This document shows, in pieces, positions 31,322 to 41,631 of a stretch of 64,000 bases of DNA (positions within the stretch are counted from its first letter, which is position 1; the number at the start of each line of letters is the position of its first letter). The notes beneath the pieces are model-generated. The model was not told the origin of the DNA and ran no database searches. It was given only the letters and a program-made list of their open reading frames with translations. The DNA is from Salinispira sp. (GTDB taxonomy: Bacteria; Spirochaetota; Spirochaetia; DSM-27196; Salinispiraceae): contig CBDDDG010000010.1 in assembly GCA_965226555.1 (NCBI GenBank), positions 1 to 64,000 of the forward strand. Direction: 5' to 3'. A program made the position numbers and the translations under genes.

Positions 31322-31843
31322 TTACCCCCGGTTGAGCAGGCGTATAGTTACCGCAACAGCAATCGCCAGTACTGCTGTCGTAATACTCGCAATGAGGGTG
31401 AATTTCAGCCTGCGCAGATGTTCACGGGTGTGAATTGCTGCTGCATCGCTTGCTGCCTCAATGGTTTTTTGTTTGGACTCGTTTATGATGTCTTGGGTTT
31501 TTTGCTTAACCGCATCTATTAGATCTTTCAGATTCTTAAAAACAAGCAGAATCACCGCAACATCGTCCGTGAGACCGGCAACAGGAATAGCATCGGGAAT
31601 GGCATCTATGGGGCTAATGAGGTATATGAGCGCCCCGACGGCCATTGCCTTTTTGCTCCAGTGAATATCTGGGGACTTCACCACATTCCACAGATCCATG
31701 ACTTTGTCCCATATCTTTTTCACAGGGCCGCGGTTCATGCCGTCAACTTTTTTTTCAATGCGGGCAACATCTTCCTGTTTCGCATTTTTAGCGTATTTAT
31801 TCAGTTTTTCTGTGACTATTTTATTCGCCTGATTCAATTTCAT
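31322..31843 (-). CDS. DUF1232/YkvA family membrane protein
   Basis: ALIYLISPIDAIPDAIPVAGLTDD; start MKLNQ after AAGGGGG. Confidence 0.88.
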   Translation of the reverse strand: MKLNQANKIVTEKLNKYAKNAKQEDVARIEKKVDGMNRGPVKKIWDKVMDLWNVVKSPDIHWSKKAMAVGALIYLISPIDAIPDAIPVAGLTDDVAVILLVFKNLKDLIDAVKQKTQDIINESKQKTIEAASDAAAIHTREHLRRLKFTLIASITTAVLAIAVAVTIRLLNRG

Positions 31844-31876
31844 GTGTTCCCCCTTCAGATACGATAAAACAAAAAA

Positions 31877-31992
<116 letters not shown>

Positions 31993-32413
31993 ACACAATT
32001 CACTATACATACCCGCCATCAGCCGAGACCACAATGCAGCCATACTGATTCTTTACGCAGGACTGATTGTCTCAGACCCCGACACGCGGGTTCACAATAA
32101 CAACCAGCGGCGGTTGTTATAATAACAACCACTGGCGGTTTTACACTAATTAAAAGGAGAGAGAAAGCAGACAAGGTATGCTGCGCACTGGAGGGGCAGA
32201 AAACGTGCTCGAACAGTTTGCTCCATGCAAACTATTCTCCTCGAGTCAGTGCTCGAAACAATCAACAACGAAAAATATGGTCAAGCCTCACGGGCTATTA
32301 GTACTGGTCAGCTGAACATGTTACCATGCGTATACTTCCAGCCTATCAACCTGGTGTTCTCCCAGGACCCTTCAGCTGTTCTTTCAAACAGAGGGATACG
32401 TCATCTTGAGGAG

Positions 32414-32446
<33 letters not shown>

Positions 32447-32587
32447 CCTCCGAACATAGCTACCCAGCGCGTACTGTTGGCACAATAACTGGTACACCAG
32501 CGGTCCGTCCACATCGGTCCTCTCGTACTAAATGCAGCTCCTCTCACATATCCAACGCCCGTGGCAGATAGGGACCGAACTGTCTCG

Positions 32588-32622
<35 letters not shown>

Positions 32623-32635
32623 TGGCGAACAGCCA

Positions 32636-32691
<56 letters not shown>

Positions 32692-32799
32692 TCCCTTCCG
32701 TCGATATGAACTCTTGGGAAGGATAAGCCTGTTATCCCCGGAGTACCTTTTGTCCGTTACGTGACCGCGCTTCCACTCGCCACGGCCAGATCACTAAGA

Positions 32800-32832
<33 letters not shown>

Positions 32833-33213
32833 GCAGTCAAGCTTCCTTTTGCCTTTGCACATACACACTGATTTCCATCCAGTGCAAGGAAACCTTCGCG
32901 CACCTCCGTTACTCTTTGGGAGGTGACCGCCCCAGTCAAACTGCCCACCTGACAATGTCCAATAACCTGTTTCAAGGATACTGTGAGAACCTTCATCAGC
33001 CAAGGGAGGTATTTCACTTGGCGGCTCCACACAGCCTCACGACCATGCTTCTACGCCTCCCTCCTATTCTACACATGACAAACAAACATTCACTACCAAG
33101 CTGCAGTAAAGGTTCACGGGGTCTTTCCGTCTAACCACGGGTAATCGGCATCTTCACCGATACTTCAATTTCACCGAGTCTCACGTCGAGACAGTGCAAA
33201 AATCGTTACACCA

Positions 33214-33296
<83 letters not shown>

Positions 33297-34041
33297 AATC
33301 AAAAGCTTCTCCCACTATCACGATGCTCTTATCTCTCTTACGATAACAGCACCCAGAAAGTGGGATAACCTCCTTTCTTAACCTTCCGGCACCGGGCAGG
33401 TGTCAGTCCCTATACGTCATCTTACGATTTCGCAGAGACCTGTGTTTTTGGTAAACAGTCGCTCTTGCCATTTCTCTGCAACCTCTCACCATTGTTTCCA
33501 ACAGCTCAAGGCCATACTTCTCCCGAAGTTACGTATGCATTTTGCCGAGTTCCTTAACGTGAGTTCTCTCGCGCGCCTTGGAATATTCATCTCACCCACC
33601 TGTGTCGGTTTTCGGTACGGTCACTCAGTACTTATCCCTAGAGAGTATTTCTTGGCACCATGACTCCATCCGCTTCACCTCACCGTAGCTCGGCTCGCCT
33701 TCACCGCTTACCTCATGGATCGGATTTCCCTGACCCATTCATCAGCTCGCGTGCTTAGACCAGGTATTCCATCACCCAGCCGGATATTGCCTCATGCGTC
33801 TTCCCTTCAGATGCACTAAGTGGTACGGGACTATTAACCCGTTTCCCATCGACTACGCCTTTCGGCCTCGCCTTAGGAGCCGACTAACCCTAAGCAGACG
33901 ACCTTTACTTAGGAAACCTCGGGTTTTCGGCGGACGGGAATCTCACCCGTCTTTTCGTTACTCATGCCTGCATTCTCACTTCTTTTGGCTCCACATATCC
34001 TCACAAATATGCTTCTTCACCCTCAAGAACGTTCACCTACC

Positions 34042-34482
34042 GTGCAAGAAGCCATTTTAATTCACATTTTGCGCTTTCTAATTTTACCCTTTTACCGATG
34101 GCATACTCCTAGAAATATCATCTCTAGGAGCAACCACACAAGAACATCACCACCGATTAGTACATGACTGATTGGCAGTAGGAAAACAAAGCAATATGCC
34201 GTCTTCCTGATAATATTCTACCCGGGGAATGATGTTGCCGTGATCAAAAAACAATTTTCGATAAAGGCTTCCATCTGTTCGATATTCAGCAATATAAGCA
34301 ATTTCACCATTATCCTTAATGTTAACGGTACTGATTATTTCCCCATCATCATTCACACTCTGATACCACTCAAAGGATACACATCCTATTAAAGACAGTA
34401 AACAGAATACAATAAGTAAAGGTAAAAGTAGACGATTCAAAATACACCTCCATATTTAATGAATTAAAATGGCTTCTTACAC
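34042..34482 (-). other. 23S rRNA intervening sequence (IVS) in helix 45
   Basis: AT-rich insert between conserved rRNA flanks, bounded by a 23-bp inverted repeat (34042-34064 / 34460-34482). Confidence 0.92.
34147..34440 (-). CDS. IVS-encoded 97-aa putative lipoprotein with MORN2-like beta-hairpin repeats
   Basis: GGAGGTG SD just upstream of a TTG start; signal peptide ending LIGC; EYRTDGSL / EYYQEDGIL repeats. Confidence 0.7.
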   Translation of the reverse strand: MNRLLLPLLIVFCLLSLIGCVSFEWYQSVNDDGEIISTVNIKDNGEIAYIAEYRTDGSLYRKLFFDHGNIIPRVEYYQEDGILLCFPTANQSCTNRW

Positions 34483-34569
34483 CCGTAGCTTCGGTATAGT
34501 GCTTAGCCCCGGTATATTCTCGGCGCATCGCAACTTGACCAGTGAGCTGTTACGCACTCTTTCAAGGAT

Positions 34570-34605
<36 letters not shown>

Positions 34606-36064
34606 CACGACACTTCCTTTCCCACTGAGCACTATTTGGGGACCTTAGCTGACGGTCTGGGTTGTTTCCCTTTCGTCCATGGAACTTATCTCCCATAGAC
34701 TGACTCCTGCATCTTATATACCGGCATTCAGAGTTTGTCTGGATGTGGTACCCTGTGACAGGCCCTAGTCCAACCAGTGCTTTACCTCCGGCACACGCAT
34801 GCAAGGCTAGCCCTAAAGCTATTTCGGTGAAAACGAGCTATCTCCGGGTTTGTTTAGCCTTTCACTCCTACTCACAGCTCATCCCTGCCTTTTTTAACAG
34901 ACGAGGGTTCGGTCCTTCACAACGTATTACCGCCGCTTCAACCTGGCCATAAGTAGATCACCCGGCTTCGCGTCTACAACATGAAACTCATTCGCCCTGT
35001 TCAGACTCGGTTTCCCTCCGGCTCCAACACTCCCATGTCTTAACCTTGCTTCACATCGTAACTCGCAGGCCCATTCTACAAAAGGCACGCCATCACCGGC
35101 TTCCACCGGCTCTGACCGCTTGTACGTTTACGGTTTCAGGTTCTCTTTCACTCCCCTCCCGGGGTTCTTTTCATCTTTCCCTCACGGTACTTCTTCTCTA
35201 TCGGTGACTATCTCGTATGTAGCCTTGGAGAGTGGTCTCCCCAGGTTCAAACAGGATTTCTCGTGTCCCGTCCTACTCAGGCATAGCGCTGTAGAGTCAA
35301 CGGTATTTCGCATACGGGCCTTTCACCCTCTCTGGATGTCCTTCCCAGAACATTCTGCTATACCATTGATTTCTTACTCTACTGATTCCCGCATGCTCCT
35401 CGCGCGCCAGCCTTCAACACCACATGAGCAACACCATGCTGCTTACACTCATCTGGTTTGGGCTCTTTCCCTTTCGCTCGCCGCTACTCAGGAAGTCTCT
35501 TTTGATTTCTTTTCCTCCGGGTACTTAGATGGTTCAGTTCCCCGGGTATCGCTTCCATAAACTATTTTATTCATCTATGAATGTCAGAACATTACTTCTG
35601 ACGGGTTACCCCATTCGGTTATCCAGGAATCATAGGATGTGTGCTCCTCCTCCTGACTTTTCGCAGCTTACCACGACCTTCTTCGCCGGATAGTCCCAAG
35701 ACATCCTCCGTAAACGCTTCATTACTTGACCATATTCATCGTCGGTGATTGCTTTCGCATCTCACGAACGCGGTCATATGTTCTCTTTTCCAATTCGCGT
35801 TGTTTCCTCTTCCGGCACTCGTCGCCGCAAGAGGATCTCGTTACTTTTTTCTACCCATTCCGAAAAATTGCTCCCAACTTTGTTGTTTCCAACTGCGCTG
35901 TTCCCAACTTCCCGGATTCTTCAATTCCACAGCAAGTACAGCTTTCGCTTACACCTCGCTGCTTCCTCTCCCCTTCTCTGGTAAACTCAGATACTCCTTA
36001 TATGATAAGCCTGAGCCCCTGTTTTCACAGGAATTTCAAATATCGTTACTCATGAAAACAAAGC

Positions 36065-36118
36065 GAAACTTGCGCATTGAAAAATTGTGCTTGCACAACT
36101 TCCAGCGGCAAAAATTTC
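36065..36118 (-). repeat. Degenerate hairpin-B copy of the dispersed repeat upstream of the 23S gene
   Basis: gcattgaaaaattgtgcttgcacaacttccagcggcaaaaatttc. Confidence 0.75.
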
Positions 36119-36429
36119 AAAGCGTGAAGATCATAAAAAATCTCCCACTCCTCCTATTTCATGAGCAGTCTTGCACCATAGCACATCTGCTAACAGGTAG
36201 TAAATACCTTTTTCGCTTTTTTTGAAAAAAAAGTACTAAAAGTTTTGCCTCAGACAAACCTCAGACAAAATTTTACCCGTAAATTCACCCCATCCCCAGA
36301 CAAATCATCTATTTTGCGCACAGCTTCGCATAAAAATGTTACCTGTGCTTATTTTGTTGATTGTACATAACGATAAAGTATTGTAAAATACAAAAGTTTA
36401 ATAAGAACATTCTGAGGAAGGTGAACATA

Positions 36430-37785
36430 ATGAAGAAAACAATTATTTGTATGATATTGATATTGCTGGGAGCGGGAAGTCTGTCGGCGGGTGGAATAAG
36501 AGAGGTGGACGGAATAGCCTACTCTGAATATATTGATTTTGGAAGTGGGCTTTGGCGGAGTAACGACTACCCTTACATTACCGCAAAGCTCGCGGAAAAT
36601 ACAGCTATTGACGGAATAACTTACAGTGCAAAAATGTGGATAACTCTCTATAAAAACGGGAAAGTTAGATCGGGAACTCCCGCGCAGAATATTACCCTCC
36701 ACGGGGTAACCTTTCCGCCCGGAACAATAACACTGTATTTGAAAAACGATGGGAAATCTATTGAGAAAATTGATCTTGGACAAAACACAACCATTAACGG
36801 AATAACCTACAAGCGGCCCGATTATTGGAATCTGAACGGCCTATCTCTGACCGCCTTATCTCTGCACACAGAAAAATTGCGACCTGATGAAAGCGATTAT
36901 TTAACGTCTGAATCGGTATATTTCCATGAAAACGGCCATATCCGTTCTGGAATACTTGCGGAAGATACCGTCATTGATGGAGTGAGCTACCGGAAGAATA
37001 GCAGAATATCTTTTTATGAAAACGGAGTCATTGATTTTGGACAACCTACGGAAGATACCGTCATTGATGGAGTGAGCTACCGGAAGGATTTTATGATATA
37101 TTTCTACAAGGACGGAAGCGTTCGCGATGGGACAGCATCGAAAACAACCGTGGCATCCGAAACTGGCGAAAAAATATTGGACATTCGACCGCTTACGTAT
37201 GATGTTTTCGGCGGCATTTATCTATTCGGCGGACTTGTCGCAAATCCTTTACTTGGATACGCCCTATGGGTAACCCCCAATTTGTCCGACGCTCATTATG
37301 GCACAATAATTGCCAGCTCAATAACAACACTGTTACTTCCGCTAATAAGTCTGAACGGGTTATTTTCTTCTTCTTGGAATTGGGAGACAGGCGCCGTAAT
37401 TTCGGGTGGTATATCTGTTGGAGTAATTTTAGGACTTCCGATAGTTCTGCGGACAGTGTCCATTGTTCTGTCTCTTCCTCTGTTTATTTTAGATACTGTT
37501 TTGGCTTATGGACCCGCCACGAATTATGAATGGTCTCTGGGACGAATACTCTTTGAGGTTGCTACAAGTGAGGCAGATATGGCATCTATTTTATCGCCGG
37601 CCGGATACTATGAAAATCCGAATTTTTTGCTGGCAGCAATTCCTCCCGCAATTTGGTTGCTTGGCTGGGGAACAGTCGGATCCATTTTGCAATTGGACAG
37701 AGCATCGCGCTCTGCCAGTGTTACCCCCATTCCCATAATAACAGAAGATCGAATAGGTCTGACAATGTCCTTCAAATTGCCCTGA
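36430..37785 (+). CDS. Exported/membrane protein with beta-repeat N-terminal half and multi-TM C-terminal half
   Basis: Signal peptide; repeats of EDTVIDGVSYRK..I.FY.NG; 38-bp exact duplication at 36959/37049. Confidence 0.7.
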   Translation: MKKTIICMILILLGAGSLSAGGIREVDGIAYSEYIDFGSGLWRSNDYPYITAKLAENTAIDGITYSAKMWITLYKNGKVRSGTPAQNITLHGVTFPPGTITLYLKNDGKSIEKIDLGQNTTINGITYKRPDYWNLNGLSLTALSLHTEKLRPDESDYLTSESVYFHENGHIRSGILAEDTVIDGVSYRKNSRISFYENGVIDFGQPTEDTVIDGVSYRKDFMIYFYKDGSVRDGTASKTTVASETGEKILDIRPLTYDVFGGIYLFGGLVANPLLGYALWVTPNLSDAHYGTIIASSITTLLLPLISLNGLFSSSWNWETGAVISGGISVGVILGLPIVLRTVSIVLSLPLFILDTVLAYGPATNYEWSLGRILFEVATSEADMASILSPAGYYENPNFLLAAIPPAIWLLGWGTVGSILQLDRASRSASVTPIPIITEDRIGLTMSFKLP

Positions 37786-39127
37786 CACCATTAACGGTCA
37801 TTTCTCTGAGAAAGAGCACTGTCATAGCGGCGCTCCAGGAGAAACTCGAACCGCCGCCGCCGATGCCGCGTTGCGGATCGAAGAATTCATAAAAGTCGAA
37901 GGTGTTGAGAAGTTCCAGTGTTTTTTCGCGAATGTGAGATGCGAGCTCGTGTTTGCCGTGCTGTCTGAGTCCTTGGGCGACAAGCCAGCTCCAGACCGGC
38001 CAGGCAGGTCCCCGGCAGTAGCGGTAGGGTTCAAAGCGGGCATCATCAGGATCAAAACAGGGCAGGCCGTACTTTACCGATTCCATCCACCGTATGATGA
38101 CCGAACACAGAGCTTCCAAGCGCTCAGGCTGCATGGATTCCAGTCCGAAAAGCGGGAGCATACCATTAATTGAGGGCATAGGAACAGATGTGTTTGCGCA
38201 GATATTATAGGGTATGTACATGGAAAGTTCAGAACTCCAACATTCTTCAAGCGCGGCACTCAGAACCTGTATCCACTTCTCCAGCTCATCGGTTGGATGA
38301 CCAAGCATGCGGGCGAGGGCGAGTAAATCGCGGTCGGCACGGAGCAGCATGGAATTTACTCCGATGTCGGTAAGCTGAAAGGGCGATTCGGCGGAACAGC
38401 GGCGCGCGTCATAATTGAGTGAACGGAAAAACTGCACAAGGGCAATGTAATGATCGTAGTCGCTATTGTGGGGACGCTGATCTGCGCCAGCATGTCTGAT
38501 ATCCTGCCGCTGATAGGGCTCCAGATTATTGAGCGGAACATTGTACAGGGCTTTATCGTAGGTCTGATTGTTATCGAATCCGCTTTCCCATGGGTGAATG
38601 ATTTTTACCATGCCGCGGTAGTTCCGCGTTTCATGATACCAGCGGTGATAATTCAGAAGTTTCGGAAATACTTCGCGCAGTTTTTCCCGATCCTCATCGG
38701 AAACTTTTGCTTCTGCAAAAGTTTCTATCGGTTTGCAGTCTTCCCTCTCAATAATCCGCCGTACAAAGGTTGCCAAAACAGGGGGCTGACTGATACCGCT
38801 GGATGGCACCGCTTCCCCGGTCTGCCACACCTGAGAGTTCGGGAAATATCCGCTGTCATCAATATGAAAAACAATGTGGGGCACCATTCCGTTCGGCCAT
38901 TGGGCCTTGAGCAGCATTTCGATTTCCTGCCATCCCCTGTCAACCTCATTCACATAGGCAAAGGCAAGTGAGACAAAGGCACTATCCCAGTTCCACTGAG
39001 CGGGATAGAGCCCATTCCGCGTTGGAACCGTGAATCCTCCGGCATCATTTTTATGAAGAATGGCGCGCGACTTTTCAATGAGCCGATCCATGAGCTGTTC
39101 CGATATTGCCTGTTCCATCTGTTTCAT
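37772..39127 (-). CDS. MGH1-like (GH63) glycoside hydrolase, glucosyl/mannosylglycerate hydrolase family
   Basis: LYPAQWNWDSAF, QWPNGMVPHIVF, HPWESGFDN, YCRGPAW, FYEFFDP..GGG.SFSWSAA. Confidence 0.88.
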   Translation of the reverse strand: MKQMEQAISEQLMDRLIEKSRAILHKNDAGGFTVPTRNGLYPAQWNWDSAFVSLAFAYVNEVDRGWQEIEMLLKAQWPNGMVPHIVFHIDDSGYFPNSQVWQTGEAVPSSGISQPPVLATFVRRIIEREDCKPIETFAEAKVSDEDREKLREVFPKLLNYHRWYHETRNYRGMVKIIHPWESGFDNNQTYDKALYNVPLNNLEPYQRQDIRHAGADQRPHNSDYDHYIALVQFFRSLNYDARRCSAESPFQLTDIGVNSMLLRADRDLLALARMLGHPTDELEKWIQVLSAALEECWSSELSMYIPYNICANTSVPMPSINGMLPLFGLESMQPERLEALCSVIIRWMESVKYGLPCFDPDDARFEPYRYCRGPAWPVWSWLVAQGLRQHGKHELASHIREKTLELLNTFDFYEFFDPQRGIGGGGSSFSWSAAMTVLFLREMTVNGVRAI

Positions 39128-39135
39128 TTACAGAA

Positions 39136-40344
39136 TCATCCCTTAACACTGCCCGCAACGAGTCCGCCGGCAAAAAAACGTTCAAGAGAAAAGAAAATAA
39201 GCATAACCGGAGCAGTAATAATTATGGCACCAGCCATGAGAAACTGACGGGGAACCTCCTGAGAATTGAGCGAGACAATACCCCGTGACAGTGTGAAAAT
39301 GGTTTGTTTATCAAGAAACATGAAGGCAAAAAGAAATTCATTCCAGGCAATCATAAAGATGTACAGGCCAACTGCAAGCAGGGCAGGAAAGCTGAGCGGA
39401 AGAGTGATGCGGCGGATAACAGAAAATCTGCTGCAGCCGTCAATAATTCCGGCTTCCTCTATATCTCGGGGAAGAGTCTGAAAATAATTCCGCAACATGT
39501 ACAATGAAACAGGTGTCGTAATGGCAGGATAAACGATAAGAAGACCAATGAGACTGTCTCTGAGTCCAAGACTCGCAAAAACACTGTAGAGCGGTATTGC
39601 AAGCACAATGCTCGGAAACATATAGATGAGGAGAATGGAACGGGAAAGTAATTTCTGCCCGGGAAAGCGCAGGCGGGTAACGGCATAGGCTCCGAAGGTT
39701 GCCGGAATCATGGTGATGATAACCGATGCAATGGAGACGAGCAGACTGTTGATAATGTATCTGCCGAAGTTGAATGTCGTCATAACTTCGGTGTAACCGA
39801 CAAAGAAATTTTTCAGGCCGATTGAGAAACGGGGCGCAAGATTAACAGGATTCTGGAGAAAGAGCGCCCGCGGCGTTATGCTGAGAAAAATCATGAAATA
39901 GAAGGGCAGGGTAATGACGGTAATGAAAATGATAAGCCCGAAAATTCTGAGGAAGCGTGAGACGAGAACCGATATTTCTTCACGGCGGTCGAGGGATAAT
40001 TTTTTCAGAACATTTCCAATAGCAAAAAGGGCAAAGAGCATAGCGGCATACAAATTCAGAGTGCTCATGAACTGCGCTGTCGGCATGAATACGCGGACAG
40101 AAATAAAAACCGGAATTATCAGCACCAGTGCCGCAGGAAAAAATGACCACGACGGAAGAACATAGCGCCGACGTTGAAAAACGGAGAGTACTGCGGCGGC
40201 AAAAAACCCGCATATAAGCATCACTATAAACGGCAGCGATGAGACTTCCGAAAGAGCGCCAGTCAGAAGCGAAAGTACATACCAGAGTACAGCAGCGAGG
40301 AAAACTATTAACTCGGAAACAATGAGCGCAACTGCAATGGTCAA
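39136..40344 (-). CDS. Carbohydrate ABC transporter permease
   Basis: EAA loop IEEAGIIDG; AWNEFLFA; extra N-terminal TM segments. Confidence 0.92.
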   Translation of the reverse strand: MTIAVALIVSELIVFLAAVLWYVLSLLTGALSEVSSLPFIVMLICGFFAAAVLSVFQRRRYVLPSWSFFPAALVLIIPVFISVRVFMPTAQFMSTLNLYAAMLFALFAIGNVLKKLSLDRREEISVLVSRFLRIFGLIIFITVITLPFYFMIFLSITPRALFLQNPVNLAPRFSIGLKNFFVGYTEVMTTFNFGRYIINSLLVSIASVIITMIPATFGAYAVTRLRFPGQKLLSRSILLIYMFPSIVLAIPLYSVFASLGLRDSLIGLLIVYPAITTPVSLYMLRNYFQTLPRDIEEAGIIDGCSRFSVIRRITLPLSFPALLAVGLYIFMIAWNEFLFAFMFLDKQTIFTLSRGIVSLNSQEVPRQFLMAGAIIITAPVMLIFFSLERFFAGGLVAGSVKG

Positions 40345-41558
40345 CTGTCTACCTCCCGGCTTGTTGTGAGAAATAACAATAAAAACAGGGTAAGGAGCAC
40401 AAACAAAACGACCGAGAAAGCAGCTCCGCCGCCAATGTTTCCCGCGCCGAGGGCATACTCATATACCTGAATCGGCAGAGTTCGGGTACCCGCCGCGCCT
40501 CCGGTGAGCAGGAAAATATCATCGAACCGATTAAAGGTCCATATAAAGCGAAGTATGAACACGGAAAGCAGAACTTCCCGGATTTGAGGGAGAGTGATAT
40601 GCCAGAAAGCAGTAAAGTTCCCTGCTCCTTCAATTTCAGCCGATTCATACAATACATTGGGTATTGCCTTGAGTCGGGCAAGGATAAAGAGATAACAGAA
40701 CGGAAAATACCGCCAAGCATCGAAAAAAATGGACGACACGAGCGCGTTCGGTTCCGTGCTCAGGAAACTGATCGGTTCTCTGATAAGGCTGAATGTCTGG
40801 AGGAGTCCATTAATTGTTCCGCTTTGGGCATCGAAAAGAAAGCGCCAGATAAAGGCAACCGCCACAATGGGAGCAACATAGGGAAAAAGGAAGATGCCGC
40901 GTACCGCGCCGCTTCCGGGAAAATCGCGGTTAACGAGTAATGCGGCAAAAAGACCGCAGAGGAGGGCGCCGCCGGAACCCAGAAAAGCATAGAGAATAGT
41001 TGTGAGCATGATCTTTCCCAGTTCCCGCATACCCAGAGCAGTTTTGTAGTTATTGAGAGTGAAACGAAAATTTGTGAGAACATTGTCGGCCCGCGCAGTA
41101 ACAACGGGAACAGTATTGAGAAGACGGTCTTCGAGCGCGCTGCCGCCGGAACCATTCATTCGAAAGGTAATTTCAAAATTATTAAGATATCCGCCCTCAA
41201 GGTTTTCCAGCTCAAGGGAGATACTGCCGTCAGAAAGATGGAATTCCGGCGGGACATTGGTCGGCTCAAGAGTATTCGGATAACTGTCGCGCAGGGTCAT
41301 AAATTCAATAGGCTTATCGGGATTGCTGTTTCGGATTTGATACCGGAGATACAGGATGCCGCCCTCTTCACGCAGGCGCTCCCTCACAATGGGAGCGGGC
41401 GGGCGGAGATCGCCAAGCCTCACCGGCTTAAAGCTGACCCAAAAATTGAGAATAACCGGAAAAAGAACAATGGAAAGCACAATAAACAGAGACGGCGCCA
41501 GCATAATAACAGCAAGACGTTTTTCCTGAGCCTCAATGGTATTCTTCCAATTCTTCAT
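40341..41558 (-). CDS. Carbohydrate ABC transporter permease
   Basis: LYESAEIEGA, FWHITLP, FNRFDDIFLLTGG; start at MKNWK. Confidence 0.92.
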   Translation of the reverse strand: MKNWKNTIEAQEKRLAVIMLAPSLFIVLSIVLFPVILNFWVSFKPVRLGDLRPPAPIVRERLREEGGILYLRYQIRNSNPDKPIEFMTLRDSYPNTLEPTNVPPEFHLSDGSISLELENLEGGYLNNFEITFRMNGSGGSALEDRLLNTVPVVTARADNVLTNFRFTLNNYKTALGMRELGKIMLTTILYAFLGSGGALLCGLFAALLVNRDFPGSGAVRGIFLFPYVAPIVAVAFIWRFLFDAQSGTINGLLQTFSLIREPISFLSTEPNALVSSIFFDAWRYFPFCYLFILARLKAIPNVLYESAEIEGAGNFTAFWHITLPQIREVLLSVFILRFIWTFNRFDDIFLLTGGAAGTRTLPIQVYEYALGAGNIGGGAAFSVVLFVLLTLFLLLFLTTSREVDS

Positions 41559-41631
41559 TGCGTCTCCGTGAAAAATTATTGAAGCAGAGCCGGCTCTTGA
41601 AACAGAACCGGCACCGCTCCAGTAAGAAATT

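Noticed and set aside
32096..32142. tRNA or ncRNA in the 23S-5S spacer
   Set aside because: Only a 20-nt duplicated motif with one 9-bp hairpin; no cloverleaf.
34042..34482. Group I intron with homing endonuclease
   Set aside because: No LAGLIDADG, HNH or GIY-YIG motif and too little non-coding sequence for a ribozyme core; the terminal stem fits an RNase III-type IVS.
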